This document shows, one piece after another, positions 47,397-61,002 of a stretch of 64,000 bases of DNA. The position numbers and the translations under genes were made by a program. This DNA comes from Mantamonas sphyraenae STR306. Lineage: Eukaryota; Protista; CRuMs. The notes under the pieces were generated by a model, which saw only the letters and a list, made by a program, of their open reading frames with translations, searched no databases and was not told the DNA's origin. Within the stretch, counting starts at the first letter, position 1, and every line of letters begins with the position of its first letter. The DNA lies in assembly GCA_026936335.1 (NCBI GenBank), contig JAPMXV010000041.1:1-64000 (forward strand), in the 5' to 3' direction.

Positions 47397-48121
47397 ATGA
47401 CGGAAACCAACTTTACCTTTGGCGATACGCTGTCCAACATGAACGCCACCGACGTGGCGTGCGTGGCCGCATTCACAGCCGTGCCTGCAGGCGTGGCCCA
47501 GGTCGTCGGTAGGTTTTGCCCGCCCTCTCTTCCTTGCCTCCCCTCCTGCACGCCACAGGGCACACACACACGTCTGCAACCCTGGCCATGTTACGGCACA
47601 TGTCCACGGACAGGTTTTGAATGACGTTGCGACGGGCCACAGTGGCACCTCGACACTGCAAGGTCCGTCCTCTCGCAACCTGTCCGTCGCCGTTGGTCCC
47701 GTGGTGCCTCTTTGTACACGTGTGCACGCTGCATGGAGAACGGACTCTTAGCCACAGGGTGGATGTGTGGTTGGAGGTATACACGGCGCACGCACGGCTT
47801 GTGTGCGCCTCTGTGTGTGCGTGTGGACGCCCCAGAGTGTGCGTCTGCATTCCTCCTGCCGCAACCCAGGCCCGGAAACCACACCTGCTCCAACCTTTGC
47901 CATTCCCCGTACCATGTCCCCTGCCCAGAAATCGACCATTGACTCCTGTGCCTCTCCATCTGCCTCCCGGTCTCTCCCTCACATCCACAGGCCGTGCCCC
48001 GAAGGGCCCGCTGATGGGCATCTCGGCTGCCATTGGCTTTACGGGCGGTGTCATGCTCGCTGTACAGAGTTCTCTGGGTCGTCTGCTCCAGCCCCAGCAG
48101 CAGACACAGGCGTCCGAGTGA
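47397..48121 (+). CDS. Mitochondrial complex I accessory subunit NUXM (20.9-kDa family, short plant-like form); exons 47397-47508, 47991-48121
   Basis: Spliced product F..TLSNMNATD..VVGRAPKGPLM..IGFTGGVMLAVQSSLGRL matches the remembered NUXM pattern KGP.M..IG..GG.M.AYQNS.GRL. Confidence 0.75.
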
Positions 48122-48209
48122 TTGGAGTCGATGAAATGAAAATGGGGATGGATGAAAAGGGTTTTGCTCGAATGTGGAGCCTGTGTTGGTGTTGTTGCTG
48201 GTGTTTCGC

Positions 48210-48964
48210 TCATCCTGCCTCCTCTTCCTCTTCCTCTTCCTCTTCATCCGTTTCATATTCCGACTCTCCTTCCTCGTCCTCGTCGGCTTGCGTGCCAGTG
48301 GCCGTCGTGCTGGACGCGCCTGCGGTGGCGGCGGCCGTCTTTGCACTCGCCTTGCCTGCCTTTGGGTCTTGTGTCTTGTCGCCTGTCTCTGTGTCTGTGG
48401 ACGTCTGTACACTGGGAGTCACGGATGCTCCCTGCGCATTGTCCGTGTCCTTTGTCTGCTCGCCCTGGGGCTGTGTCTGTGTTTGTGACTGCGCGCGAAA
48501 CGGTTCGTTCTCCTCCACGTCGTCGTCCTCCTCGTCCTCGTCGTCGTCATCGTCGTCACCCGAGCTCACGTCCACATGGCCGCCTCCGTACATGTGGCGT
48601 TGCAGAAACGCCTTTTCCATTTGCTTCTGCTCCTCCAGCCGTCCAGCGTGCTCACTGTGAGCAGCAAAAGCCAGTGTGCCTGTGGTCAGCCTTTGGCCCA
48701 TTCCCGTGTCACCCGATCTTCCTCCCTGGCGGCCCCACTTACCGAAACCGCGCAGCCACAAATTCAAACGGGTTTGTGTTTGGCTCCTCGTTCTCCAGCA
48801 GCTCGGCCAGGATTTCCCGAAACACAACTGGCGACGCTTGTATGGTTAGCGACAGTCTCTACACACACACACACACAGACGTACGTGGGCACCAACAACA
48901 CACCTTCGATCTTGGATTCATTCAAGTACTCCTGAAACGCACGAGTCGACTCCTCGCCGCTCAT
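48210..48964 (-). CDS. Dpy-30/RIIa-like D/D motif protein with acidic tail; exons 48964-48904, 48827-48743, 48654-48210
   Basis: Spliced AFQEYLNESKIEVVFREILAELLENEEPNTNPFEFVAARFR; both introns are GT-AG and phase-consistent. Confidence 0.65.
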
Positions 48965-49100
48965 TTCCCCTCACACACACACACAAACACACGCTTTCGG
49001 TTTGTCACGCTGCGCGCTTGCCGGTCCCTCTCCACCACCTCACCCCATCCAACCCATGGACATTGTGCACACAACGGCTTGCTCCATGGCTGTGAGCCCA

Positions 49101-50181
49101 TCACTTGCTGTTTGAGCTTGCGCCGCTCTCTTCCTCGTCGCTGGCCTTCTTGAAGCCGATGCGCTCGATTTCCACCTTTTCGCCGACCAACTGGTAGATA
49201 CTGTGACCCGGTGGGGTGGGCAAGGGCAAAACGTTAGCTGCTGCTGTCTTCTCCCTCGTCTGTACTCCGCATTCCATATCCTTCCTGGCACGACTTACAA
49301 AGCCTGAACGGCGGAGCCGGAAATGTCCAGCAGGACAAAGCTGGGAGGGGCATCACTGGTGAAGCCCGAGTAGGCACCGGTAGCACTGCCCGGATTGATG
49401 AGGAACTTGTCGCCAATCTTGCGCACGTCCAGCTGGTGTGTGTGGCCGCTGATGAGCACGTCGCAGTTCAGCTTGCGCTGCAAGATGCCCAGGCTCTCCT
49501 CGTCGCCCCACGGCGTCACCTGATGCCCGTGGCACAGGCCGAATTTGAACTGCTCAATCTCAATCACCTTGGTCTCCTCAAAGTCCGAATCCTGAGCGCG
49601 AGTGTGTGTGTGTGTGAGCGCCATATGGTTCACTCGCACCCTCACTGCTCACTGCTCTCTCTCTCTCTCTCTTTCCCCCCTGCCTGTTATGTGTGCGCAC
49701 TCACCTCGTCAAAGTCCCCTTGCACCACGTGCACGTCGCTGGCTAGCTTCTTCAGGTAGTCCATGGTTTCTTTGCAGCACAGGTTGCCCGTGCACAGCAC
49801 GTGGTCAATCTTGTCCGGCACCTGTGGTGGTTTGAAAGCGGGGGCGCCGGCGGAGGTTCACCACGGGTCAGCCACACACATACACACATCGGCGTGCATC
49901 ACAAACAACGCCTCTACACAGATCGGCCTCACTGCGGTGTTTGTATGCGCACGGCACGTCTACATGGGTCGCGTGCGGCGTGCAAACGCTTTGGCCTTTG
50001 CGTGCACGGCGAATCCCTCCCAATTTTCAACTCGGTTCTCGGCGCCGTCTCTGCGCTTCACACACTTCCTCCCAAACCACAAACTCACCAGCAGCTCCTG
50101 GAATTGCTTCGGGATGTCTGCCGCGCGGTGCGGGATGTGCATGTCGCCGATCACCAGAACAAGCTGTGTGCACGTGTCCAT
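49101..50181 (-). CDS. VPS29: Retromer subunit VPS29; exons 50181-50089, 49821-49705, 49591-49299, 49200-49101
   Basis: [61 protein letters not shown]. Confidence 0.95.
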
Positions 50182-50398
50182 CGTCTGCGTCAGCATCTGG
50201 CCCTCTCCAAGCTTTGCCAGCCGCCTCCGTCAAGGCACACCCACACAACGAATGGTGCAGGCACACCAGAGCAAGTGTCATCCAATGCCACTCTGACTAG
50301 CTGTGTGTGTCTCTCTCTGCCTGCACGCGTAACCCACCACCATGGTCAAACAATTTGCGTGGCCACCCTGCCGCCTTCTTGGCCAGCACAACACCGGC

Positions 50399-53227
50399 AT
50401 GCAGTTCAAGCGACTGACGTCCGACCGACAGGAAACCCTCGTCCGCTTTCTTGTGCTGGGGCTCATTTGCCTCTTGGGTAAGTGACACCTGAAGCCACAT
50501 GGCCTGCCATCCACTGGACATGCGACCCTGTGCCTTTCCTACCTCCACACGTCGCTGGCAGTCACTGCCATGACCAGCGTCCCAGTCATGTGCATCTACG
50601 GCCACGTGGGCACGCACGTGTGCCACTTGTGCGTCCCACCGCGTGGCCAGCGCGCCTGCAGACGCGGCCGACGCCGTGCGTTGTGCCAAACCCACCCAAT
50701 TCGCACACGCGCTACCCTTGCGTTTTCGCGTCGTGCACGGTGTCTGTGTGCTCGCGTGGCCATGTGGACGCTCGCATTCCCTTTGCTATGCAGAACTATG
50801 AGCTGAAGAGGTGCCGTGTGTGTGCCATGTGCCCTGTGTGTGTGCTAACGCGTGCCCTCCACGTCATCCCCACAGCCTTCTCCACGCGCCTGTTCTCTGT
50901 GCTGCGTTTCGAGTCGGTTATTCACGAGTTCGACCCGTACGTTGACCCTGTGTGGCCCCGACCGCCTGCACACACATGTTCCGCCCTGCTTGGACGCTCT
51001 CCCGTGCCCCGCCTCGTCCAGCTCCACGCGCACGCGCGTCTCGCAAAAATGCAGAAAGCCCTCTGAGGAGGGCGACGCCCGAAAATTTGCGCTCGTCCAC
51101 ACACCTCGGGCTAACACGGCGCCACACACACCATGGCCTCGACTGCGTTCAACCCGCCTTGCCATTTTGCCCACCCATCACACACACACACACACACACA
51201 GCTACTTCAACTTCCGCTCGACCAAGTACCTGGTCACCGAGGGCTTCTACAACTTCCTCAACTGGTTTGACGAGTTTGCCTGGTATCCGCTCGGCCGCAT
51301 TGTGGGTGGCACGATCTACCCGGGCCTGATGGTCACGGCTGCCGTCCTGTATCACGGCCTGAACTTCTTCAACATCACCATTGCCATCCGCAACGTGTGT
51401 GTGTTCCTGGCGCCTCTGTTTGCGTCGTACACGGCCATGGCCGCCTACCTGTTTGGATCCGAGGTGAGCAACCGCCAGACGGGTCTGCTCGCAGCCGGCT
51501 TCATCAGCATTGTGCCCGGTTACATCTCGCGTTCCGTCGCAGGCTCATACGATAACGAGGGAATTGCCATCTTTGCGCTCATCTTCACCTACTACCTGTG
51601 GGTGCGCAGCGTCAACACGGGCTCCATGTACCACGCCGCCCTGTGTGCCCTGGCCTACTTTTACATGGTCAGCGCGTGGGGAGGATACGTGTTTATCATC
51701 AACGTCCTGCCGCTGCACGTGCTCGCCCTTCTGCTCACCGGCCGCTTCTCCTACAAGCTGTATGTGGCCTACTGCACCGTGTACGTCCTTGGCACCATCC
51801 TGTCCATGCAGATCACCTTTGTCGGCTTCCAGCCCGTGCAGAGCTCCGAGCACCTGGGTGCCTTTGGCGTCTTTGGCATCATCAACCTGATGGGCCTGGT
51901 CAACTGGATCCGCGCTCACCTCACCTCCAAGAGCTTTGACAAGCTGTACGCCTCGCTGCTGCTCACCGGCACAGCCATTGCCGGCGTCGGCCTGGGCATC
52001 GGTCTGCTCACAGGGTACATCAGCCCGTGGACGGGCCGTTTCTACGCCCTGCTGGACCCCACCTACGCCAAGGACCACATCCCCATCATTGCGTCGGTGT
52101 CTGAGCATCAGCCCACCACCTGGGCCTCGTTCTTTTTCGACCTGCACATCCTGGTCTTCCTCTTCCCGGCCGGTCTCTACTTTTGCTTCCGTGGCCTGAC
52201 CGACGCCAACATCTTTGTGATCATCTACGCCATGACCTCGCTGTACTTTGCCGGCGTCATGGTGCGTCTGATGCTTGTGCTCGCACCCATCAGCTGCATC
52301 CTCGGCGCCATCTGCGTCAGCTCCGTGCTCGACCGCTACATGGACAGCATCCGCGACGTGGAGCGCCAGGAGGCGGCCACCAATGCCAACGGCGGCGGCA
52401 ACGCACGTCGTGCACGCAAGGGAGCCAAGGGAGGCTCGGGCGAAGCCACCGAGAACCTGAGCGTTCAGAAGGAGCTGGCATACGCCATGGTGGCCGGTGT
52501 GACCCTCATGCTGGTGCTCTACACCTTCCACTGCACATGGGTCACTTCCGAGGCCTACTCGTCGCCGTCCATTGTGCTTGCAGCCAAGCAGCAGGACGGC
52601 TCGCGTCTGATCTTTGACGACTTCCGCGAGGCATACTTCTGGCTGCGCCACAACACGGCGCCGGACGCAAAGGTGATGAGCTGGTGGGATTACGGCTACC
52701 AGATCCAGGCCATGGCCAACCGTACGATTCTGGTGGACAACAACACGTGGAACAACACGCACATCGCCACCGTGGGCAAGGCCATGTCGGCCACCGAGGA
52801 TGTGGCGTACCCCATCATGCGCCAGCTGGACGTGGACTACGTGCTCGTCATCTTTGGTGGCCTCACGGGCTATGCCTCGGACGACATCAACAAGTTCCTG
52901 TGGATGGTGCGCATTGGCGGCTCTGTGGACCCGACCATTGTCGAGAACGACTACTTCACCAAGAACGGCGAGTTTAAGATCGACAGCGAGGGCTCCCCGA
53001 AGATGCTCAACTGCCTCATGTACAAGATGTGCTACTGGCGCTTCGGCCAGGTGCACACCGACCAGGGCAAGCCGTCGGGCTGGGATCGCGTGCGCAACTG
53101 CGAGATTGGCAACAAGGACTTTGCGCTCGAGAGTGTGGAGGAGGTGTTTACCACCCAGCACTGGCTTGTGCGTTTGTACAAGGTCAAGGAGCCCAACAAC
53201 CGTCAGGGAGGCATGCCGACCCTGTAA
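50399..53227 (+). CDS. STT3: Oligosaccharyltransferase catalytic subunit STT3; exons 50399-50477, 50876-50936, 51202-53227
   Basis: [54 protein letters not shown]. Confidence 0.97.
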
Positions 53228-53495
53228 ACAACACGCGCGGGCTGACAGGAGAGATTGGACGGGAAATGGATGCCGTTTCTTTTCTGTGTTAGTAATGCAA
53301 TGTTGATTGGATGCAGGGTCGAGATGGATTGGGGTGCGTGAGTGAAGAGAGGGATGGTTTTGAGGGTAGGTGATGGACGGGAATGGAAGCATGGTTTGGG
53401 AAAAGGGGGAGGAATTGTCAGTTGGGGTTTGGTGTGCAAGAGAGCGTGGTGATGAGAGGGGTGGAACGGTTTATCGTTTGTACACAGAAAGGGTG

Positions 53496-53555
53496 TTTTC
53501 CTCTTTAGAAAAGAATGGGTTGTGGCATTATTTGTGTTTTGAATGCCAGGTTTTT
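53496..53555 (-). promoter_or_regulatory. Histone 3'-UTR conserved element (H2B copy)
   Basis: Sense: AAAAACCTGGCATT-CAAAACACAAAT-AATGCCA-CAACCCA-TTCTTTTCTAAAGAGGAAAA. Confidence 0.85.
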
Positions 53556-53675
53556 GTGTTTTTTGTGTGCCGCGAGGGCGGGTGTTGTTGTTCATCCGCC
53601 TCCGTTGCACGAGGGTAGGTGCGTCGCAGTGGCCGTGCAACACAGGTCACTGGTCCTCACACACCAACAAGCTGT

Positions 53676-54014
53676 TTATGCCTGGGTGTACTTGGTGACG
53701 GCCTTGGTGCCCTCGCTGACGGCGTGCTTGGCCAGCTCTCCCGGGAGGAGCAGACGCACAGCGGTCTGGATCTCTCGGCTCGAGATGGTGCTCTTGCGGT
53801 TGGCCTTGGCCAGACGAGAAGCCTCGTTGGCGATGCGCTCAAAGGTGTCGTTGATGAACGAGTTCATGATGGACATGGCGCGGTTGGAGATACCGGTGTC
53901 CGGGTGCACCTGCTTCAGCACCTTGTAGATGTACGAGGAGTAGGTCTCCACGCGGCGCTTGCGACGCTTGCTGTCGTCGTTCTTTCGTACAGACTTGCCT
54001 GCCTTCTTTGCCAT
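53676..54014 (-). CDS. H2B: Histone H2B (short N-tail)
   Basis: [54 protein letters not shown]. Confidence 0.99.
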   Translation of the reverse strand: MAKKAGKSVRKNDDSKRRKRRVETYSSYIYKVLKQVHPDTGISNRAMSIMNSFINDTFERIANEASRLAKANRKSTISSREIQTAVRLLLPGELAKHAVSEGTKAVTKYTQA

Positions 54015-54295
54015 TTTGATGGGTAGTGTTCCTTGTTGGGGATGGGTTGGGCGGTGCGGGGCTTTTGGCGCGCATCGATTCTTCTACACACCCACCCACC
54101 GTCCGTGCAGAAATACCGGTCCGACACAAGGCAGCCGCAGCCATCTGTACTGGCCTGCACATGGTAGACAAATGTACACAAAAGGGCATCTATCATGTAA
54201 GAAAGACTGCATGTGCACATGTGATCTATCGGAGGGTTTCCGCTTTCGTGTCCGCCATATATGTACTACCCACCACCCATGCAGAATCCTGTGAG

Positions 54296-54303
54296 TATAT
54301 AAA
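54296..54303 (+). promoter_or_regulatory. TATA box upstream of H2A
   Basis: TATATAAA about 47 nt upstream of ATG 54350. Confidence 0.5.
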
Positions 54304-54349
54304 CCCGCGGATTCAACGCGCTACTCGGTCAACACCAAACAAGAAAAAC

Positions 54350-54793
54350 ATGAGCTCTATCAAGGCAACCAAGACTATGAAGGCACGCGTCCGTGAGGGC
54401 AAGGCCGGCAACATCGTGTCCGGCAAGCGCGGCGGCGCTCAGTCCCGTTCCAGCAAGGCTGGTCTGCAGTTCCCGGTCGGTCGTGTGCACCGCCACCTGC
54501 GCAACGGCCGCTTCGCCGCACGCATCGGCGCTGGCGCCCCCGTGTACCTGGCCGCTGTGCTGGAGTACCTGACGGCTGAGATCCTGGAGCTGGCTGGCAA
54601 CGCTTCGCGAGACAACAAGCGCAAGCGTATTGTGCCGCGCCACATCCAGCTGGCTGTGCGCAACGACGAGGAGCTGAACAAGCTGCTGGGCGACGTGACC
54701 ATCGCTCAGGGTGGTGTGCTGCCCAACATCCACGCCGTGCTCCTGCCCTCCAAGACCAAGAAGGACGGCAGCAGCCAGTCGCAGGTGTTCTAA
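54350..54793 (+). CDS. H2A: Histone H2A with extended N-tail and H2A.X-like SQ motif
   Basis: [40 protein letters not shown]; ends SQSQVF. Confidence 0.98.
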   Translation: MSSIKATKTMKARVREGKAGNIVSGKRGGAQSRSSKAGLQFPVGRVHRHLRNGRFAARIGAGAPVYLAAVLEYLTAEILELAGNASRDNKRKRIVPRHIQLAVRNDEELNKLLGDVTIAQGGVLPNIHAVLLPSKTKKDGSSQSQVF

Positions 54794-54825
54794 ATCTGCA
54801 CAAGCAACTCAAAACCAAATACCCC

Positions 54826-54883
54826 AAAAAACTGGCATTCAAAACAAATAATGCCACAACCCACTCTTTTCTAAGGAGGAAAA
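54826..54883 (+). promoter_or_regulatory. Histone 3'-UTR conserved element (H2A copy)
   Basis: AAAAAACTGGCATT-CAAAACAAAT-AATGCCA-CAACCCA-CTCTTTTCTAAGGAGGAAAA. Confidence 0.85.
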
Positions 54884-55153
54884 GCAACAACCAGTGTGAT
54901 GGAGATAAAACGATTGTATGCGTGCGGCAGTTGAGTGTGATGGAAAGTGGGATGTGGAGATGCGCAGACAATAGATGTTGCGTGGCACCGACGCAGGGAT
55001 GTGCAGAGGAAGACAGGGTGAACACGTGGAAGAGAGGTAGGGAAGCAGTGCACAAGGCATACGTGGACACACCATCCTCCCTGCGTCTCCTCCTCCTCCT
55101 TCCCCTCGCTGAAATCATGGTTTTTATCTCTCTTTCACTCTCGTTGTGGGTTG

Positions 55154-55212
55154 TTTTCCTCCTTAGAAAAGAATGGGGTTGTGGCATTATTTGTGTTTGA
55201 ATGCCAGGTTTT
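55154..55212 (-). promoter_or_regulatory. Histone 3'-UTR conserved element (H4 copy)
   Basis: Sense: AAAACCTGGCATT-CAAACACAAAT-AATGCCA-CAACCCCA-TTCTTTTCTAAGGAGGAAAA. Confidence 0.85.
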
Positions 55213-55265
55213 TGTGTGTGGTTGAAACAACCATGAGCTGTAGCTGCTGCACGTGGGCAAGCAGT

Positions 55266-55643
<378 letters not shown>

Positions 55644-55938
55644 TCAGGTGTGGATTCTAGGAGGCAGGATTGTGAGTGGAGGGGACATGGAAGGAGCATG
55701 GGAGTGATGCTATGGGTGATTGGTGCATATGGTGCAGGGTATCTGTGTGTGTGGATGTGTGCACATGCCTGCATGCATGTGTACCCAGACGACGGGTGAG
55801 AACACTGGCGGTGGTCGACCAAATTTGGGACCCAGTTTCCACTCGACCTGCCAAAATTAGCAGTCGTGGGGATACATAGTTCGATGCGCGCGCTTTCCTC
55901 CACCGGACCCAAGACAACTACAACCCGTAGAAAACTAA

Positions 55939-56355
<417 letters not shown>

Positions 56356-56497
56356 GCGCCCGGCCTGGCCTCTCGAGTGTGTGCATTTTGGTGACGGCGG
56401 TGTGGTGGATGGTGTGGAAGGACGAGGGCAAAGCCCTGCAGTCGTCCACCCAGTCACGCACGTCGGAGCCGCACCCTGGACAAACAAACTACAAACA

Positions 56498-56554
56498 ACA
56501 ACCTGGCATTCAAAAACAAATAATGCCACAACCATTCTTTTCTAAAGAGGAAAA
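56498..56554 (+). promoter_or_regulatory. Histone 3'-UTR conserved element (H3 copy)
   Basis: ACAACCTGGCATT-CAAAAACAAAT-AATGCCA-CAACCA-TTCTTTTCTAAAGAGGAAAA. Confidence 0.85.
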
Positions 56555-56692
56555 CAACCACAAACAAAGACAAAAAGAGAAGATAAACACCCGATTGGTT
56601 CTGTTGGCATGGCTGTGGGCAAGATCTGGGCTCACGGGATCTGTCGACGCTACTTCTCCATTGTTTCCCCATGCCATCCACCCATCCTCCCA

Positions 56693-57874
56693 TCACTCGC
56701 TCTCCACACCAAACCCTCCAAACACGATTCCATCCCGACTCATCTTCTCCTGCTCGGCCTCCACCCGCTCCCGTTCAATCTCTGCCGCCTCATCCTTCCG
56801 CCGCTGCATCTCGGCCGCCCACTCACTCCAATACTCCTGCGTGGCGTCGCCCACTGCATCAAACAACAGATTGATGTTTTCGCCCGACACTGCACTCACG
56901 CCAACTGCGCGCAGGTTGCAGTAAAACTCCTCCAGCACCAGACTCATGCTGCGTGTCAAGTCGCTCATGTACGACGTCTCCTTCTCCAGCGCCTGGTGGA
57001 ACACTTCGTAGTCCTGCATCCACTCTTCCGCAAACTCATGCGACGTCACGTCCGTTTTGTTGAAGCACAGAATGAACGGCAGCTTCGTTTTGTACAGGAT
57101 GCTGCATGCATACAGCATGTTGGACATAAACGTGCTTGCGTTCACACACCGCGGCGTGTCCACCACATACAACACCACGGTTGGCATCGACGACGCCAGC
57201 GCCTGCGTGATGATGCTTCCCGACGCAGACCATGTAAAGATTTCAATCTGGCCCGGCGTGTCCAGCAGCACGTAGCTAAATGTTGCAAAGCCCGCCATTG
57301 TGTGTGTCAGTGACCATACCGCCCCTCACTCCCGTCGCCCTTCCCTTCCCAAAATCACCCCCGTCACAACGCACTCGAGAGATTCCTTCGACTCCACAAA
57401 TTGCAGCACCTGATCAAACCGCGTACTAAACAGATTCAACGACGTCATGATGCCTCCGTTCGGCCCCAGGTTGTACTGCTTCATCACCTCCTTGTAGTTC
57501 ACTGTGTCCCGGATGTCGATGTTTGCTCCGTACGGCACGTCCGCCACCCCGGGATCCAGATTCACCACATACGCCTCCTTCCCCTCCGCGTACAGGTGCG
57601 CATTCAGCCGTTGCATCAGCGTCGTCTTGCCACTTCCCGCCATTCCGATCACCACAATCGCCACCGGCTGTTTGCCTCGCTTGCCATCCTCTCCCTCCTC
57701 CTGGCCCTCATCACCATCCGCTGCGTCCGCCGTCTCGGCTTCCGCCTGCTTTTCCTCCGCCTCTCCCTGCACTCCGTTGCCTTCCTGGCCCATGAGTGTC
57801 TCTTCTCCCTCCTTCGCCTCGGTCGCCACCTTTGCCTCGTCCTTGTCGCTGCTACTGCTCTCCAGTGCACTCAT
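56693..57874 (-). CDS. GPN1: GPN-loop GTPase 1 (XAB1/Npa3); exons 57874-57375, 57275-56693
   Basis: [60 protein letters not shown]. Confidence 0.96.
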
Positions 57875-57961
57875 TCCCACGAAAAGGCTGGTGTCGGCTG
57901 TGCATCGTCCTCGTCTTCCCCACACACTTTCTTGCGCCCTCCCACCCACTCCTACGTCGCC

Positions 57962-60896
57962 ATGTCATCCTCATCCTCGTCCTCCTCGTCATCTTCATCA
58001 TCCTCATCCTCCGAATCCTCGTCTGGCTCCCACCTGTCTCGCAAGGAGCGCAAAAAGGCCGAAAAGAGGATGGAGCTGGAGAAGCAGCTGCGAAGCAAAC
58101 GCGACAACATTGCCGAGCAGCGCCAGGCCTTCCAGCAGGACCTGTTCAACAACTACCAGCTGGGCGAACTGACCCAAGACGAGCTCTTTATCCTTTACAT
58201 CCTGTCCTTGTGGAAAATCACAGAGGCAGAGGAGGCGTTGCGGGAAGTTCCCGAGGCGATTCAGGAGGAGCTGAACATCAACGCCTTTCCGCGCTCGTTC
58301 AACCAGTTGCCCTGCCTGTACGTGCGATCAGACATGCAGGAACTGACGCTGCGGTCGCGGGAGTTCCACAAACCCATGGCGTTCACATCGCTGGCCACGG
58401 TGCTTCCCTTTTTCAACTCCTGGTTTGCCGGCACCGTTGTCCTCGAGGGCATGGACATGTCCAATGGCTTTGGATTCGACCTCATCATAGATTCGGTGGT
58501 GCAGAGCAACGTGACCACGTTGAAGGTGACCGAACGCACCCTCCTCCCTGCGGGGGGCCTTGCAACCCTGCTCACCACCGCCCTGCGTTCACGCTCCCTG
58601 GTGGACATTTCCCTCGTCAACCTGCCCACGAGCACAGAGGACTGGAAGCATGCCCTCAAGGTGTTGAGCAAGAACCCGCAGGGGTACCCCACCCATGTCT
58701 TCTTCAGCCACTGTGACGGCATCGACAGCGACGACATCGGCATGCTCATTCATTCCACCATGGATGACAATCCGTACATTTCCATTGCGCCGCAGCTGCA
58801 CGAATCGGACACGTGGCAATCGGCAGCCACCACACACAATGGCCTGCTCACGAGCCGTGCCAGCTCCCGCTCCCGCTGGCGCTACGTCAACTACTACCGC
58901 GACTACGAACCGGTGTACTGGAAGACCACCACGCTGGACCTTGTCCTGGAGACGGCGTTCAACGAGGCCTCCCGCATGTACAAGCACGAAAAGAAACTGA
59001 TGCAAGGCGACATGGACGACTTCAACGACGGCAAGAGCAGCGGCAGCCGACGCAACAGGGGCGGCAAACACAAGAACCAATCGCACGCACAGCGCATCCG
59101 TGCACGTCGCAGGAAGTTGGATCGCGAACCTTCGTTTGACGAGGAGCGATACGAGAACGAGTGGCACATCAACGACATGCCCCAGGAGGTGTTTGTCAAC
59201 TTTATGAGCTACCTCACCATCCGCGAGCGTGTGCAAGCCTCCGCAGTGTGCAAGCACTGGCGTGATACCATTGCCTACCGTCCCATGTGGACGTCCATGG
59301 ATCTGTCGCTCGGCAGCCGAGCGCAAGAGTCCACGGAAACCGTGGTCAGCTTCCTCACCCATTGTCCCCAAACCTACTCTCTGTACGTCCACAACCTCAG
59401 CGTTGCCCTGCGTCAGTTTGACGACATCTCCTACACCTCGGGGCCTCGCATCACCCTGGACCGCTTCCACGACCTCCGCTACCTCGACGCCACAGGCTGT
59501 ACGGGCATCAACCTGCTGAGCGCCCTGGCCAATTGCTGTCCCCACCTGGTGGGTCTTGTCATGGACCACAGTAGCCGGTGGACCGACTCCGACGACGTGT
59601 ACTCCGAGACGTACAACACCGCCGACGGCGACACAGACGCCCTCTCGCACTTTGTCGACTCCCATCCCCACCTGCGCATCCTGTCTGCCAACAATGTGTT
59701 CAATCACAGCGTGGGCACCTTTACCGAGGCCAGCGCAGGGTTTCGCGAAATGTCCAAGCTGGCGGTGCTCAATGTCAGCCACCTGCAGGTGGGCGGCAGC
59801 TTCAACCTCTTTGCCACACTCTGTGTCAACATTCCCACCTCCCTGCGTCGTCTCGATCTGTCCCACAGCAACATCATGCAACACCAGACGCATCACCTTG
59901 CTCGCCTCGTCAACCTGCGCGAGCTCATCCTCAACGATTGTCCCAACCTCACGGGTCTCCTCGTGCCTGTCAACACAGAAGTGCTCAACGTGTCCGTGTT
60001 GCCACTCGCTCCATGCCAACATGGACGGTGGCCTTGTCTTTGAGGTGCCCACACGCACCATCGAAGACGTCACCGACGACGAGGGCAACACCGACGCCGA
60101 TCTCATCTCCGCACACATCGACACCTTTGCCTTTACCCACCTGGACATGAGTGGTCTCATCCGCGCACTGGGTCCGCAGTCGCTCAACCGCATCATCGAA
60201 CTCAGTCCCAACCTGCGCATGCTCGACCTCACCGGCTGCGAGTACGCAGACGACTCTGTCATCGAGGCCATCGCACGATCGTGCCGCAAGCTGACTCATC
60301 TGTACATGCGAGCCAACCGTGCGGTCAAGGGCACCTCTTTGCAAGCCCTGGCTTCCCTTTGCGTCAGCCTCTCTGTCCTCCACATCAGCTCCCGCTCCCT
60401 CAAGGACCGCTACGCCATCCTGGGCTTTGCCGAGGCCAACACGTGGCCCAGTCTCGTCGAACTGGACATCAACTCCACCAAGGCTTCCGTGGATCTGGTC
60501 CTGCCCATCCTCGCAGCTTGCCCGCGCCTGAAGCGTCTGGGCCTTCCCGCACGCGTTCTGGACCAGATCCGAGGCATCCAGGTGTACGCCGAGGCGCTGG
60601 CACACATCAATCTTAAGCATGACTACTTCAATTGCACCATTTGGGACATCCTGCAGCCCGGAGGCTCGGGTGTTTCCGCGTCCGAGAAGAGCGCAAAGGG
60701 ACGCACCGCAGGCAGCACCATCAACGCAAACGCAGTCCTTGCTAGCGTTGAGTCCATTGATCCCAAGGTCATCCAGGCCTTGATCGACCGCCTCAACGAC
60801 GAGCAAGACGACGACGACAGTGATGAGGACTCTGACGAGGAGCAGGATGAAGGGCAGGATGAGGAGCAGGCGGGCAACGAGAACGACACTGCGTAA
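57962..60896 (+). CDS. F-box/LRR protein (FBXL-like) with one frame break at ~59996
   Basis: F-box [31 protein letters not shown]; the LRRs continue in the +1 frame ([26 protein letters not shown]). Confidence 0.8.
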
Positions 60897-61002
60897 TGTA
60901 CACGTGTTTCCTTGTCCTTGCATTCATCGCGTCAATGTTGGTGTCCCGTGCACACGCATGCGAGAAATCAAAACAGATCAAACACGAACAAACATGCATT
61001 CA

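Noticed and set aside
51545-53392. Long antisense or alternate-frame ORFs (also 2216-3715, 8723-10696, 18190-20439, 30896-32752, 44921-45988, 58589-60289, 60820-62259)
   Set aside because: Shadow ORFs of real genes caused by high GC and codon bias; no recognisable domains.
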